Source: Cyanidioschyzon merolae
Taxonomy: Eukaryota
Direction: 5' to 3' (one strand)
Assembly: GCA_000091205.1 (NCBI GenBank)
Contig: AP006489.2
Length of the DNA stretch: 64,000 nucleotides
Part shown: one piece after another, positions 1-10,483 of the stretch
How positions within the stretch are numbered: position 1 is the stretch's first letter
Layout of the letters: every line of letters begins with the position of its first letter
The notes under the pieces: generated by a model
The model's input: only the letters and a program-made list of their open reading frames with translations
Told to the model about the DNA's origin: nothing
The model's database searches: none
Made by a program: the position numbers and the translations under genes

Positions 1-333
1 TTATCTACGCTGCATATGGTACTGGCGTTGCGCGTTTGTTGCACAAGCGCCGAGTCGCCACAGAAGCAAAGGTCGCGTTTCATACTCGGTTGAACAGATC
101 AAGGCAAAGCTGGGTGTTTCCGTGGTTCGATGCGCATACGCTCGTTCCCAGTAAGTACGCAAACTGCCGAATAGCGAGCGTTGAGCGCGTGGCACCCTCT
201 TGCCGCGAATCACACATTTGATGAGGCATTGCACCATGCAGCACCGGACAGCGCGTCGAGCGCACATGTTTGTATCCTAGCGTCCGTTGAAAAAAACGAC
301 CATACCAGAGATATCATATAGGCAAGTGTGTGC

Positions 334-2691
334 TCACGCATGCTCCCGTGCAGCGTCTCCAGGCGGTGGCAGCAGCGGCGCTTTGGCGGCACTCGTGGAA
401 AGCAGCGCGGCAACCACGGTCACGTTGTCTTGAGTCTCTCGCTGTAATGCCTCCGTAACCAGGCGGCGTGCCAACAGACCAGGGACCTGCACAGTGCCTC
501 GGATGATTTTCGCTACTTCACCGACATCCATGACATCCCAGAGACCGTCGGTGGCAAGGATCAGGATATATTCTCGATCGGGCTGCAAATGCTGGATGTA
601 GAGCTCAGGTTCCGCAGTCAAATAGCGTTTGAGCGCAATGTCCCCGATCGCACGCGTAACCAGCGTAAGACCCTCAACTCGAAGCGTACCAGCGCTATCT
701 GCAAGGACCCGTGCGCCTTGTTCTTGAAGACGTGCACGTTCCTGTGAAGACGCTGTACAAGTTTGATCTAAAGTGACGAGGATAGGCACCAAGGCCGTAT
801 CGGGTTGCACTTCAAAGAGCACCGCCCTGGAGTCCCCGATATTTGCCACATATAACGTGCCGCTGTGCACCATCGCCACAAGTGCCGTGCTGCCAACAAG
901 TCCTCGCTTCCCGAGGGCCTGTGATGCGTCGTGCTGGGCGCACCACAGCGACCAGCACATATCCACGAAACAGAGAAGCTCGCGCAGCACTTGTTCGGGG
1001 CGCATTTGCGGGTTACGACCCAGCAGCCTCTGGAGAGCATCTGGAATCAGAGCCGCCGTAAAGTCAGCTGCCTCCACACCACCATGGCCATCGAAAACAC
1101 CCAGTATATGGGAACTGCCCCAACAGGCGAGTGCCGGTCCAGACTGGACAAGCTCTATTGACAATTGCAATGGAGATGCTACCAGGTGACGATCTTCCAT
1201 ACGATCTGGTCCACGACGACCCGACACGGCATACGCCTCCGCTTGCACCCGATCTGAGCGATCTACAGAGGCAGGTGAGCTGCTTCGGTCGAGACGTTGG
1301 CGGAAACCAGCAGGCGCGGCGCTTCCCGTATCGCTAAGCGGGAACGGGCGATGCGCAACGCTCTGAACCAGTTCATGCGCTATGGTGGTGATCTCGTGAG
1401 CGTCCTTTCCAAAGTACGAAGCGGCGAGCGCACTCGGATCGGTTTCAGAAACAAGGTCAGCACCGGTAGCCGCAGAGGCCTGACGAGTGCGCTCCGCTGG
1501 ACCTCTTGGGGTCTGCGATGCGTCCACCTCGTCGTCGCCGATGTGCGTTGCCCACGCAGCGCCAGCCAAGGCGCCCTCTGGGTTCTCCGCCAAGGTAGAA
1601 CGCAGTATCCTGACCGCTTTAAACGAGGAACGCTTCAGCTGGTCAACCAATGCAGCTAGTTCCTTCACCACAGCTGACATGGCAGGCCGTCTCGCAGGGT
1701 CCGCATCCCAACACCTTTCAATGAGTTCGCACAGGCGTTGACCCTCGCGACCTCCAAGTGCATCCACATCCAGTCTGGGTCGCAGGTGCTCGGTAACGAT
1801 AGCCGTTCGTAGCTGCAGCTCGTTGAAGCGTGTCTCCAGAACCGTGTGCAGCTCTGGCTCGGAAAGTTGTCGATCCACGTAAGGCACAGAGGCGGTGACT
1901 ATCTCATTCAGCGTGATACCGAACGCGTAGACATCGGATGCATACGTAGATCCCCAGCCTGAACGCTCCGCGCTCAGAAGCTCCGGCGCCATGTACACGG
2001 TCGTACCAACCATATGAGCAAGACGTCCGGCACTGGGTCCAACGGGCAAAGGCGTGCCTTCGGAATGCAGACGATGCTTTCCTTCGTTAGCTTGTCGAAT
2101 AGCATGCGCGCTTGACTCCCGTATGGATTCCGTGTTTGGTAGCGAGTGCGAGTTGCTCATGATGGCGAGTTCAAAGTCCGCGAGCAGGACGCGATCATCT
2201 TCCAAGAGCAAGTTGGCCGTTTTCACATCGCGGTGGATAACACCAAGCTCGTGCAGGTTCTGCAAGCCGATGGCGAGCTGCAACGCCCACTCGAGTCGCT
2301 GGAGAATGCTATGGGTACCGGGCGTTGTCCGTTTATGGAGGACATCGAAAACGCAGCCCCCAGAGCACCAGGGCGTCACCGTGCAGTAAAACGGGGGCGC
2401 TTCGCATACCGCTAACAGCGGCAGCAGACCCGCCGGCATGCTTACCTTCTCATCGCCACGCTGGACGCAAGTTCTCTGACGTGCACGCACTGTAACATAG
2501 TGCTGCAGGTGAACCTGAGAGTGAAAGCGTTCCAACGCTGCGCTGGATGTGATGCGTGGCTGCCTCACCGCGACCGCCAGACCGTCCAACGTACCGCGGT
2601 ACACAGCGGCACCGCTACCTATAGCCGCTGGGTCAGCGAGTGGTCCCAGCTCAGCGCGAGACACCTGACGAAGTTCGCTTACAATGGACAT
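334..2691 (-). CDS. Protein-kinase-like domain (probably a pseudokinase) fused to a C-terminal PP2C serine/threonine phosphatase; 785 aa, single ORF
   Basis: The N-terminal half has kinase subdomains: a Gly loop IGSGAAVYRG, HRDVKTANLLL, YMAPE. The VAIK lysine is replaced (AVAVRQ) and DFG reads DFE. The C-terminal half has the PP2C motifs LGVFDGHGG, ATDGLWDV and DNVTVV. Confidence 0.8.
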   Translation of the reverse strand: MSIVSELRQVSRAELGPLADPAAIGSGAAVYRGTLDGLAVAVRQPRITSSAALERFHSQVHLQHYVTVRARQRTCVQRGDEKVSMPAGLLPLLAVCEAPPFYCTVTPWCSGGCVFDVLHKRTTPGTHSILQRLEWALQLAIGLQNLHELGVIHRDVKTANLLLEDDRVLLADFELAIMSNSHSLPNTESIRESSAHAIRQANEGKHRLHSEGTPLPVGPSAGRLAHMVGTTVYMAPELLSAERSGWGSTYASDVYAFGITLNEIVTASVPYVDRQLSEPELHTVLETRFNELQLRTAIVTEHLRPRLDVDALGGREGQRLCELIERCWDADPARRPAMSAVVKELAALVDQLKRSSFKAVRILRSTLAENPEGALAGAAWATHIGDDEVDASQTPRGPAERTRQASAATGADLVSETDPSALAASYFGKDAHEITTIAHELVQSVAHRPFPLSDTGSAAPAGFRQRLDRSSSPASVDRSDRVQAEAYAVSGRRGPDRMEDRHLVASPLQLSIELVQSGPALACWGSSHILGVFDGHGGVEAADFTAALIPDALQRLLGRNPQMRPEQVLRELLCFVDMCWSLWCAQHDASQALGKRGLVGSTALVAMVHSGTLYVANIGDSRAVLFEVQPDTALVPILVTLDQTCTASSQERARLQEQGARVLADSAGTLRVEGLTLVTRAIGDIALKRYLTAEPELYIQHLQPDREYILILATDGLWDVMDVGEVAKIIRGTVQVPGLLARRLVTEALQRETQDNVTVVAALLSTSAAKAPLLPPPGDAAREHA

Positions 2692-2752
2692 TTGAAGCGT
2701 CTAGGTAACGCTAGTCACCTAAACTTCCAGCGATCCTGCCAAGAACGTCGGT

Positions 2753-2788
2753 AGGCAGGCAGGCTGGCTGGCTGGCTGGCTAGCTGGT
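2753..2788. repeat. (GGCT)n / (CAGG)n microsatellite
   Basis: The string ggcaggcaggctggctggctggctggctagctgg is visible directly. Confidence 0.9.
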
Positions 2789-3119
2789 AAACCACAACGC
2801 AGCATGCTGCAGTGCAAACGGATTCAAAGGGAACACTGACCTATCTACTCGCTATATCGCTGCGTTTCTATCTTATTCAGACCTTTTTTAGTGTGCAGCC
2901 TTGGCATTCGCACGGAAGCAAGAGGGGTTTACGAAATCCTACCTAGTTTTGCGATTCTCGGTCGTTTTAGCGGAGTTGTGCCTTGGATGCTTTGTCGCTG
3001 GAATTCGTTACGTTAAGGAAATGAAGGTGATTCGCGTCGCCGTCGAGCAAGAGCTCCTTCAATGATCGATATCGGGACTTCATGCATACGTACTAACCTC
3101 TATTTTTCTCCGTTGCTTC

Positions 3120-3650
3120 AGCGTACAACGTGCAAATCAGGCATGCTTGGAGGTTTCGACCTCTCTATTTAAGGCTTCTCGTGAGTGCAGCTAATAACGT
3201 CACTGGACTCACGCGGAAATAATTCTTGACGACACCGACCATCGATGACTTGTTCAACAGCTCACGTCAAAAGATCACTGAGCTAATCACGTCAAATACT
3301 CGATTCCGTTCGACGGACATATCACCCCGTCTTCATGAACATGGAAGAGACAGCATTCCACAGCGGCATGACACCTCGCCGGGTAATACGCTCGAAAGGC
3401 TACCGTCTCCTCTGTTTGTACGGAAATTCGCCATGGTCTTGGATTTGAGTCATCATAACGACTGCGTCCAATGGGCAGTGCGTCACCGAGTTGCACGAAG
3501 TAAGCGTCGACGGGTCGTAATCTATCGACTTGTTCTCCGATATGGATTTTGCTTTCCGTGCTCGTTTCATCATAAACAACATTACACTCCACATTTATTC
3601 CATCGAATGGGACAGCGTACGCTTTCATGAGCAGCGGACAGCGTACTCGC
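3120..3650 (-). mobile_element. TnpB/Fanzor-like relic (C-terminal half: RuvC-II-like core, Cys-rich remnant, degenerate RuvC-III, conserved 3' tail)
   Basis: The minus-strand ORF 3287..4198 contains ...RCPLLMKAYAVPFDGINVECNVVYDETSTESKIHIGEQVDRLRPV...ARCHAAVECCLFHVHEDGVICPSNGIEYLT-stop. This aligns residue by residue with ORFs at 30342, 42272, 53025 and 59999. The nucleotide tail after the stop (3300 down to about 3120) is conserved with the other copies, including the box caagcatgcctgatttgcacg at 3131..3149. Confidence 0.5.
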
Positions 3651-3699
3651 CGAGGAGGTTGCCCACAACAACAAGTCCACGATCTTATTGTATGGAACC

Positions 3700-4037
3700 A
3701 AGCGCGGAAACGGAGCAGCGGGCATTGGAGGAAACCCAAAGTATCTGTCAAGGGCATGTACCGGGTGATGAAGCAATTCTTGACGCGCCACAAGGCGGCG
3801 CCCGGAAGAGTAGATACGGTGGACATATGGGAACACATGACGACAACCATATATAACCGCTGCAAGCGGCACACCTGGCCAGTATACAAAGGAGATGGAA
3901 ATGCCAAGCGAAGCGTCGATGCCAATGATCGCCTGTACATGAAATGCGTTGACATGAACTGGAAGCGGCGAAACCGCGACTCGAACGCCGCCATCAACAT
4001 CTTTCGACTGCCGAATACGAATCTGGAAGTAAAGTGA
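3700..4037 (+). mobile_element. TnpB/Fanzor-like C-terminal fragment with canonical RuvC-III, inverted relative to the adjacent relic
   Basis: ORF 3627..4037 reads ...DTVDIWEHMTTTIYNRCKRH...RLYMKCVDMNWKRRNRDSNAAINIFRL. The D-x-NAA-x-NI signature with a preceding YM(K/E)(C/F)V block matches the fragments at 17511, 31308(-) and 51624. Confidence 0.45.
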
Positions 4038-4242
4038 GAGACCGACGTATTTAAAGCTTCAAAAACGAGAGAGAAAAAGCCGGCAAAGACTGGTGTTGAT
4101 GATAATGGGTAACGACGAAAACCTGAGCATGTAACTCCTCCGTGCAAGCGGGACACGTTCCATTTCATCATGATACGGACGTCGTCCATACGTCTCAATG
4201 AACGTAACAGATCCGTTCCGTTTCATGCTGACACTGGTGTCG

Positions 4243-4677
4243 TTAGCTTTGCCGGTCTTCCCGGGTTGCGGCAAAGGCGTTGGACGCGCCGGGCGTCTCC
4301 GGGGCCGCCCCGCGCGCTCGCAACTCCCAGACGGGTTCGTAAGGTCCCGCTCGGCGCCCTACGGATGCATGGGCGTTCTCGTCGTCCTCAGCACCGTTGG
4401 CGTACAAGCGTTCCGCGTCTTCTGGTGACAGGAGACGCGATCGAAAACATCGCACAAGCCGCCGCACCTTGCCCACGCACGAGTCCACCGTACCATTCAT
4501 GTAGTAGTACCGAAACTGGTACACTGGACTGTAGCAGAACCAGAGCGCATCCAAGTCAGGAACACAGCTCTCAGGTACTTTAGAACTGCTACGTTCTCCG
4601 GCCAGAGCAACGTCAGTGCGATGGCTTGTCTGGGAGTCGGCGGGCACAGCCGACGTTCGCGGCTCGGCGGCTGCCAT
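4243..4677 (-). CDS. Small twin Cx9C (CHCH-domain) protein, putative mitochondrial intermembrane-space protein
   Basis: The 144-aa ORF contains two C-x9-C motifs, C-VPDLDALWF-C and C-VGKVRRLVR-C, separated by 18 residues. No closer family assignment is possible. Confidence 0.35.
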   Translation of the reverse strand: MAAAEPRTSAVPADSQTSHRTDVALAGERSSSKVPESCVPDLDALWFCYSPVYQFRYYYMNGTVDSCVGKVRRLVRCFRSRLLSPEDAERLYANGAEDDENAHASVGRRAGPYEPVWELRARGAAPETPGASNAFAATREDRQS

Positions 4678-6072
4678 GATGAACTGCGACCCCAGATAAC
4701 GCCTACTCGTTGTTTTCTATCGCTGCGTTAGGTGCCGTAGCAGGTAAACGCAAGCGTCTATCTCGAGCAGCTCAAACGCGAGCAGTACCCACGAGGCATA
4801 GCAGCGGCTTGTGCACCATATCGCAAAAGCGTTTTTTCGTCTGGCAGTTGACGCCCGTGTGCAGCAAATGCGGGTGCGTTCGGCTTCGCACAACAGCTAT
4901 CCATTATTTTCCCAAATAATACATACATGTACAGTAAAATCGCATATGCGTGCCAGAGGTCCTGGTGTGCATGCGCATTTCTCTATGGCATGGGATGGGT
5001 GGCACGAACCGGACATCGCTCCATGTGTGCGCTCTCTCGAAGCATCTGGGTATGCATGCGGCATACCGCTCCAGATGCTCAGGTTCCACCCGCCGTGTTC
5101 ATCATTATCATCATCATTACCGTGAACGTGTTCTATACTTCCCATTGGAGATGATGGTTCGTTCACGTCATCTCCCTGGTGCCAGGCATGCTATGTGCGC
5201 TCACCGCAACGACTACGGCGCCGGTACGGACGCTGCTTGGCGACAGAACAAGCGCACGAACACGCTTCCAGCCGCTGTGGACACAAGCGTTTGGCGCACG
5301 AGCCGGTACGCGCACCCTCCGCAAGGCCTCTGGCATGCTGGTCGGCGTGTTCACGATAGCACCGCGCGGAGTTGCGCAGTGCGAACGAGACAATAGCGAT
5401 ACCAACGTGCTGCCTGCGATGCGCCGATGACATCGCCTACGCAGAGCGGCGACAAAGATGCAGGCGGCATAGCGCAGGCATCATCCAGAAACTATGTCGG
5501 TGGCAACGCAGCGAGCTGTCATCTCTTGCCCGCAACGAATGACTCGCCTTTCGCAAAACAGGTCCGCCGTCATCGATCCCTCCATGCAGCACTCGTGCGC
5601 GCAGGCGTCCGTGGACAACACACTGCAGTCCGGTACAAAAGCCTTGCTCCAAGCGCATCTATCCGCAGAAAAATTGACGCTTCGACTTGCTGCTGTGGAC
5701 GACGATACCACTGCCAGCGCCAGACGCGATGCAAGCGGACGTGACACCCTACAATTGACACCAGGCGCAAGCATGCACCCGTAAGCGATCCGGCTCCATT
5801 GGAAAACACAACCGATATGGCAACACGGTCGATAGCGACGATGCCCCTGCACTCGACGTATCGGCAATCCGGAGGTGCCTACACATCGACGGCAAGCCGG
5901 TCGACCGCTTGCGGCAAGCAGAAGCGCGGTTTCGGCAGGCACTAGGCACACACGATAGGACGTATGAAACGACCAGAATATCCGAGAAGAAGTATAGGGA
6001 ATGTAACTTGGAGGTAGGGTGTTTGATGGATACTTAAGCGTGCACTGAAAACCCCACAAAAAGAAAAGAAAA

Positions 6073-6615
6073 ATGCGCATAATCGGAGAACGCTACGAAA
6101 GCGCTTTGTCAATGAAAGAACATGAAGAGGCGCCGCTGCTGCCGCCGCAGCCAACGCACGGCGTCGACGTCGGGGCTCGCTGCACGGCTGCCGCTGGTAC
6201 CGTAGGTACGGGTGCTGCATACCCTGCGCTTCGCGTCTCCGAGCAAGTGGTGAACATGGCGCGGCTTTTTGAAGTGCCACCAGATAGTATCGCCGCTAAG
6301 AAGCGAGAGCACAACTGGTGGAACCGCACCGTTGACCAGTTAGAAGACTGGAAGGACTCGGTCACGGAGACCAAGTGGTACCAGCGCGTGGAGCGGGTTG
6401 CGTCTTCGGGCTACACCTTCGTAAGACGAGCGTTCGGTTTAGGCGGCCGCGTGGCCTGGATCAGTGCAACCAGCGCTTTGGTGCTTGTGGTTCCCCTGGT
6501 TTATGAAATTGATCGGGAGCTGGATGCAAACGCGGCAAGTTCTTCGGCCGCAGCCGCTGGGGGCAGCGGTGTTGGCAGCAGTAGCACCGCTGGCCGTCCC
6601 GCTGCGACTCGATGA
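6073..6615 (+). CDS. TOM22: TOM22-like mitochondrial import receptor subunit (start codon uncertain)
   Basis: The block YTFVRRAFGLGGRVAWISATSALVLVVPLVYEIDRELDAN resembles the conserved TOM22 transmembrane/IMS segment (AALWIGTTSFMILVLPVVFETEKLQ-type). The C-terminus is low-complexity. Confidence 0.45.
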   Translation: MRIIGERYESALSMKEHEEAPLLPPQPTHGVDVGARCTAAAGTVGTGAAYPALRVSEQVVNMARLFEVPPDSIAAKKREHNWWNRTVDQLEDWKDSVTETKWYQRVERVASSGYTFVRRAFGLGGRVAWISATSALVLVVPLVYEIDRELDANAASSSAAAAGGSGVGSSSTAGRPAATR

Positions 6616-9600
6616 GAGGCCTTCGCCCCCGCGGACCGCGACAGTGTTTGTGCTCCAGACCTGGTCAAGTGGTATTGATCGCCTGCGAGGTGTATTTGAC
6701 ACGAGCTGCCCCGAATAGCGGCCTGTAGGCATGGTGAAACAAGCGAACGTATTGGACCGCTACGCCGAGTCGTAACGTATAGAGGAGCTCGTTATGTGCT
6801 CGGCATCGAGAGTTCTGGAATACATGTATCATCATGATCTTTTTGACTTTGTTCGTCGTTGTCTCGCGGAGGTATTGGACAAAGGGAATGAATCCTGTCG
6901 ATAGGGGGAAACGCCGCGGAAAGAATTCATGCTGGGGCTGCTCGCTTGCGAAAAACTGGTTCACTCGCCCAAGTCAGTCATTCTGGCATTCAGCACGTAC
7001 TTGAACCGAGCTTCTCGTGGCGCTGATGCCGAACCTCTTGCACCCAAAACGGAACCTGTCGTTCTCTATTTAGACAAATGTCTGACTGGTTGTCCATACA
7101 TTCCCGTCCGTAATTTCTTTGTGAAAACCTCTCAAAGAAGCCACAGGACGCGACTTTTTCGTACTAAGGATACGAAAAGTGACGAAGAGGCACTGATGGA
7201 CATAGGGAGAAAACGTGCTTCTACGGGACTCCGTCACGCGTTGCACAGCACACGAACACTGTTGTACTGAAACGCAAACGCTTCCCACACAATGGACGAG
7301 TGTTCGTCGCCCTGGACGTTACGCGATTCGAGAAAAACGCTCGACCTGTATACGGTACTCAAAGAGGTTTAGAACGCTGTCCGTACAGAAGATGCAAGCG
7401 AGCATGACAACAATAAAAGTCCTAGCGGCTCTTCAATGGTGCAATCGCCTACATATCACCAGGCGGAGAGGATCAATCGACATCTCATTGTTCCTTGACG
7501 CGTGCTTCGTGGCTTCTCCTTCCTCGGTGCTGCTGTCCTACTCTCGGACAAGGTCGCCGTCCATCAAGTAAAAGCGGTCATGCGGCACCCGACATACGTT
7601 GGCGTTGAGCTGATCTTCGTACCAGCTTCTGCGTTCTGGTGCAATCCAGTCGAAAACAGCTTGTCTAGTGCGAAGCGCCGGTTTTCGCGCCCACGGATCA
7701 ATAGATTGGTCAGTTGCACCCACGACGCTGAAAGCTGCAGGATGCCACTGAGGATCGCGTAGCTTTCTAGTCGAGGAAGGCTCGCCTAGCACTCATCGCC
7801 TCGACGCACCTCGTCAAGCAAATGTGCGTAAGTTTCTCGGACACACGGCATCGAGCTGTCCTTTTTCCACTCGAATTTTCTGATGAAATTTCCCTGCGAC
7901 AGTACAACGGATATTCGTTAGAAAGCACGCAACTCGATCTGATGTAATGATCAGAGGTTTGGAGGCACACTTCCCAGCATACCTTCAGACGTGGACGCGT
8001 CACGTTGTCAATTGAGGTAAACGATACAGCACAGGTGTGAAAAATTATTGAACAAGACTCAAAAAGCAAATCCATTTGCAGGTCAATGTCGAGCGATTCA
8101 TGAGGTCTGTCTCGTGAGCGTTGTACGCTCAACTCGCTGGTCCAAGAAACTGAAGACTACTTCAAGCGGATTCCTTAGGTGTCTATAGAGGCGAGTGGCG
8201 AGCTGGTGATGAAGCGCTCGAAATGGCAGCGAGTTCGGAAGAAAAGTCATTCCAACAGCGACAGTCGCTTCAGACCGTCCAAGCACATCCTAGTGTGCTC
8301 GGTGCCGGGCCGACGGACGTCACCTGCAGAGCATGGTTCAGACGTCATGCCTGCCTTGCTTGCATCCTGCGCTACTGCGTTTCCCAGAGGAGAGCCATCC
8401 CGGGGGGAATCGGATTTCCTTCCAGCATCCGAGCGTCTTGGCCTGACCGAGCGTCCACTGGATATGGTCACCAGTTGTCGAGTCAAGACCCATGAGATCA
8501 CCGTTGACATTTGTTTGTAGTAGTGCATGGACTCCACAGTAGGTCATGGTAGGTCTCTGTGAGCAAGCATGAAGCATTCGAACAAGATCGTGATGAGTAT
8601 GGCCGTACATCGTTCATGGCTCCTGGGCTACCGCGAGGACCTGGAAAGAGGTTCGCATTGGCGGTCAGGATCGACGGAATATCCAACTGAATGCACTCTG
8701 TGAAGTATAGACCTGAGTTCAGCACCGACACTCATTCTCATCCGTCCTAAGTAGCTGGACGTACGTAGAGAGGTTTCGTGGCGAGCATGCGTTTCGAGTC
8801 CAAGAACATCGTTGCCGTCTTCGCAGCTCTGATTCAAGAGGATAGAGCCAACGACGTGCATAGAACGCCAATGATGCTGCTCAACTTCTCCAAGGCTCTC
8901 TCTGATCGAGATTCGAGTCTGATGGACGCAAGAAGCCACACCAGCTACTGCAGTGAATGCATTGTGACCATCTCGACGCCCTGAGTATCGTAACGGGCAG
9001 AGACGGGGGATGCGCTGTGCGCCTCGTTCAGAGCGTTCACGAGCATCCACAGAGCTCATACCGCAAAATTTTGGCGATAGTGGACGAAACCGTGTTGTCG
9101 TCGCCGACATTGTCGGTTGTGCGGAGGCAACAAGCGTGCATTCACCAATATCTTCAAAGAGCTGGAAAAACTGAAGCCCATAACTCGCGTCCTTGGGTTG
9201 CAGTCTACGGCGCCAGACATGCCGCTGTGCGCAAGGGCCGTACTCGTGCCTCTTCCGCCAGAGCGTACAACGAATTCAGGAATCGATTCTATACGATTTT
9301 CATCGATGATATCGTGATTCTATCCACGCATCACGAGCAAGCGTGCACAATGAAACAGGTGGAGAGGCAGCGCTTGCAACAGAGCCGGATGGATAACGTG
9401 GTGGTGTACCGTACGCTGACCGAATGCCAGATAGCGAGACGATCGAAAAAGAGCGGCTTGCTGGTATGTGATTCAACCAGAAAACACACGCGGACGCATT
9501 TCCTGTACCGAGACTTGACCACCACGATCAACCTTCGGAAACGTCTTGCGCTTCCACAGCATCTGGCGGCTTTTTTTCGACAAAGCTTTCAAGCGAATCG

Positions 9601-10483
9601 TTTGGTACTCTGTGTGGGCATTGGGCTAAAATGCGCAAGTCCTTCGATGAAAACATCAGTGCTCAGGAGCGAGGGCATTGAATCGTCGCTTGGACCACTG
9701 AACTGGGGTTTTACGCTTCAGCTACCCAGCAAGGCTGCTACTGGGCTCACAGACACCTGGAACACCTGTCCTTGGCCATCGATGAACGATATTGGTGTTC
9801 CATTATTCGATATTGCAGCGTGTGCACGCTTGAAACCAACGCTGCATTGTTTCGATATAGACAGGATTACCTAGGCGAACTGACCAGACTCTGTACTTAC
9901 AGCATCCACAAAGATCTGCATCGCAACGGCAGCTGCTGGTATGGACCGGACACCTGAATAGCGACGACGGCTCCCTAAACCGATGCCGTGCAGTGCTTAA
10001 CAGGGATGCTACTGGACCAGCGCTGTCACCGTCACGAACAAAGTTTGAAGACGTGAATCGTTTCGACGCTTGTCACGGAGTCGTTGCCGGTCGGTACCAT
10101 CGTTGTCGTCGTTCGCACAGACTTGGTGTTGATCAGAGTTCGCGCATGCTCCGATTGTGCCCGTGGAGGACTCGCCACATACGATGCAATTTCTGAGTGC
10201 AGATGTCATCAGTCCAGCCCATGGATATTGCAATGGTTTTTCATCGCGCACTGACCAGCCGATGAACAAGCGACACACTTCTGGACGTGAGCGCAGGGTC
10301 TCCAGCGAGCAACCGAACAGCTGACGCTCGGGCGCCGTCCAGCGCACTGCCACCAACGGTCATCTGGAGACGACGGCGTTTCCCGCAAATATTGCTGACT
10401 GTTGGAGCGGTCGTAGACCTTGCGAGCCAGTGTGTTTCATTTGCGGCTTTGCAGGGCGCTCTCTGCTTCTACACCAGCAGCAA

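Noticed and set aside
773-2415. Multiple 60-140-aa ORFs on the opposite strand and alternative frames inside the kinase-PP2C gene, and similarly inside CLEC16A, UvrB, PPR-like, GT34 and others.
   Set aside because: These are expected open frames in GC-rich coding sequence. None has a recognisable motif, and each overlaps a longer ORF with clear homology.
3226-3630. Plus-strand ORF with ...KFAMVLDLSHHNDCVQWAV considered as a RuvC-I motif of a plus-strand nuclease copy.
   Set aside because: This frame overlaps the minus-strand frame that is conserved with conservative substitutions across 5 copies. The plus-strand residues vary radically between copies, so the resemblance to GxDxG is likely chance.
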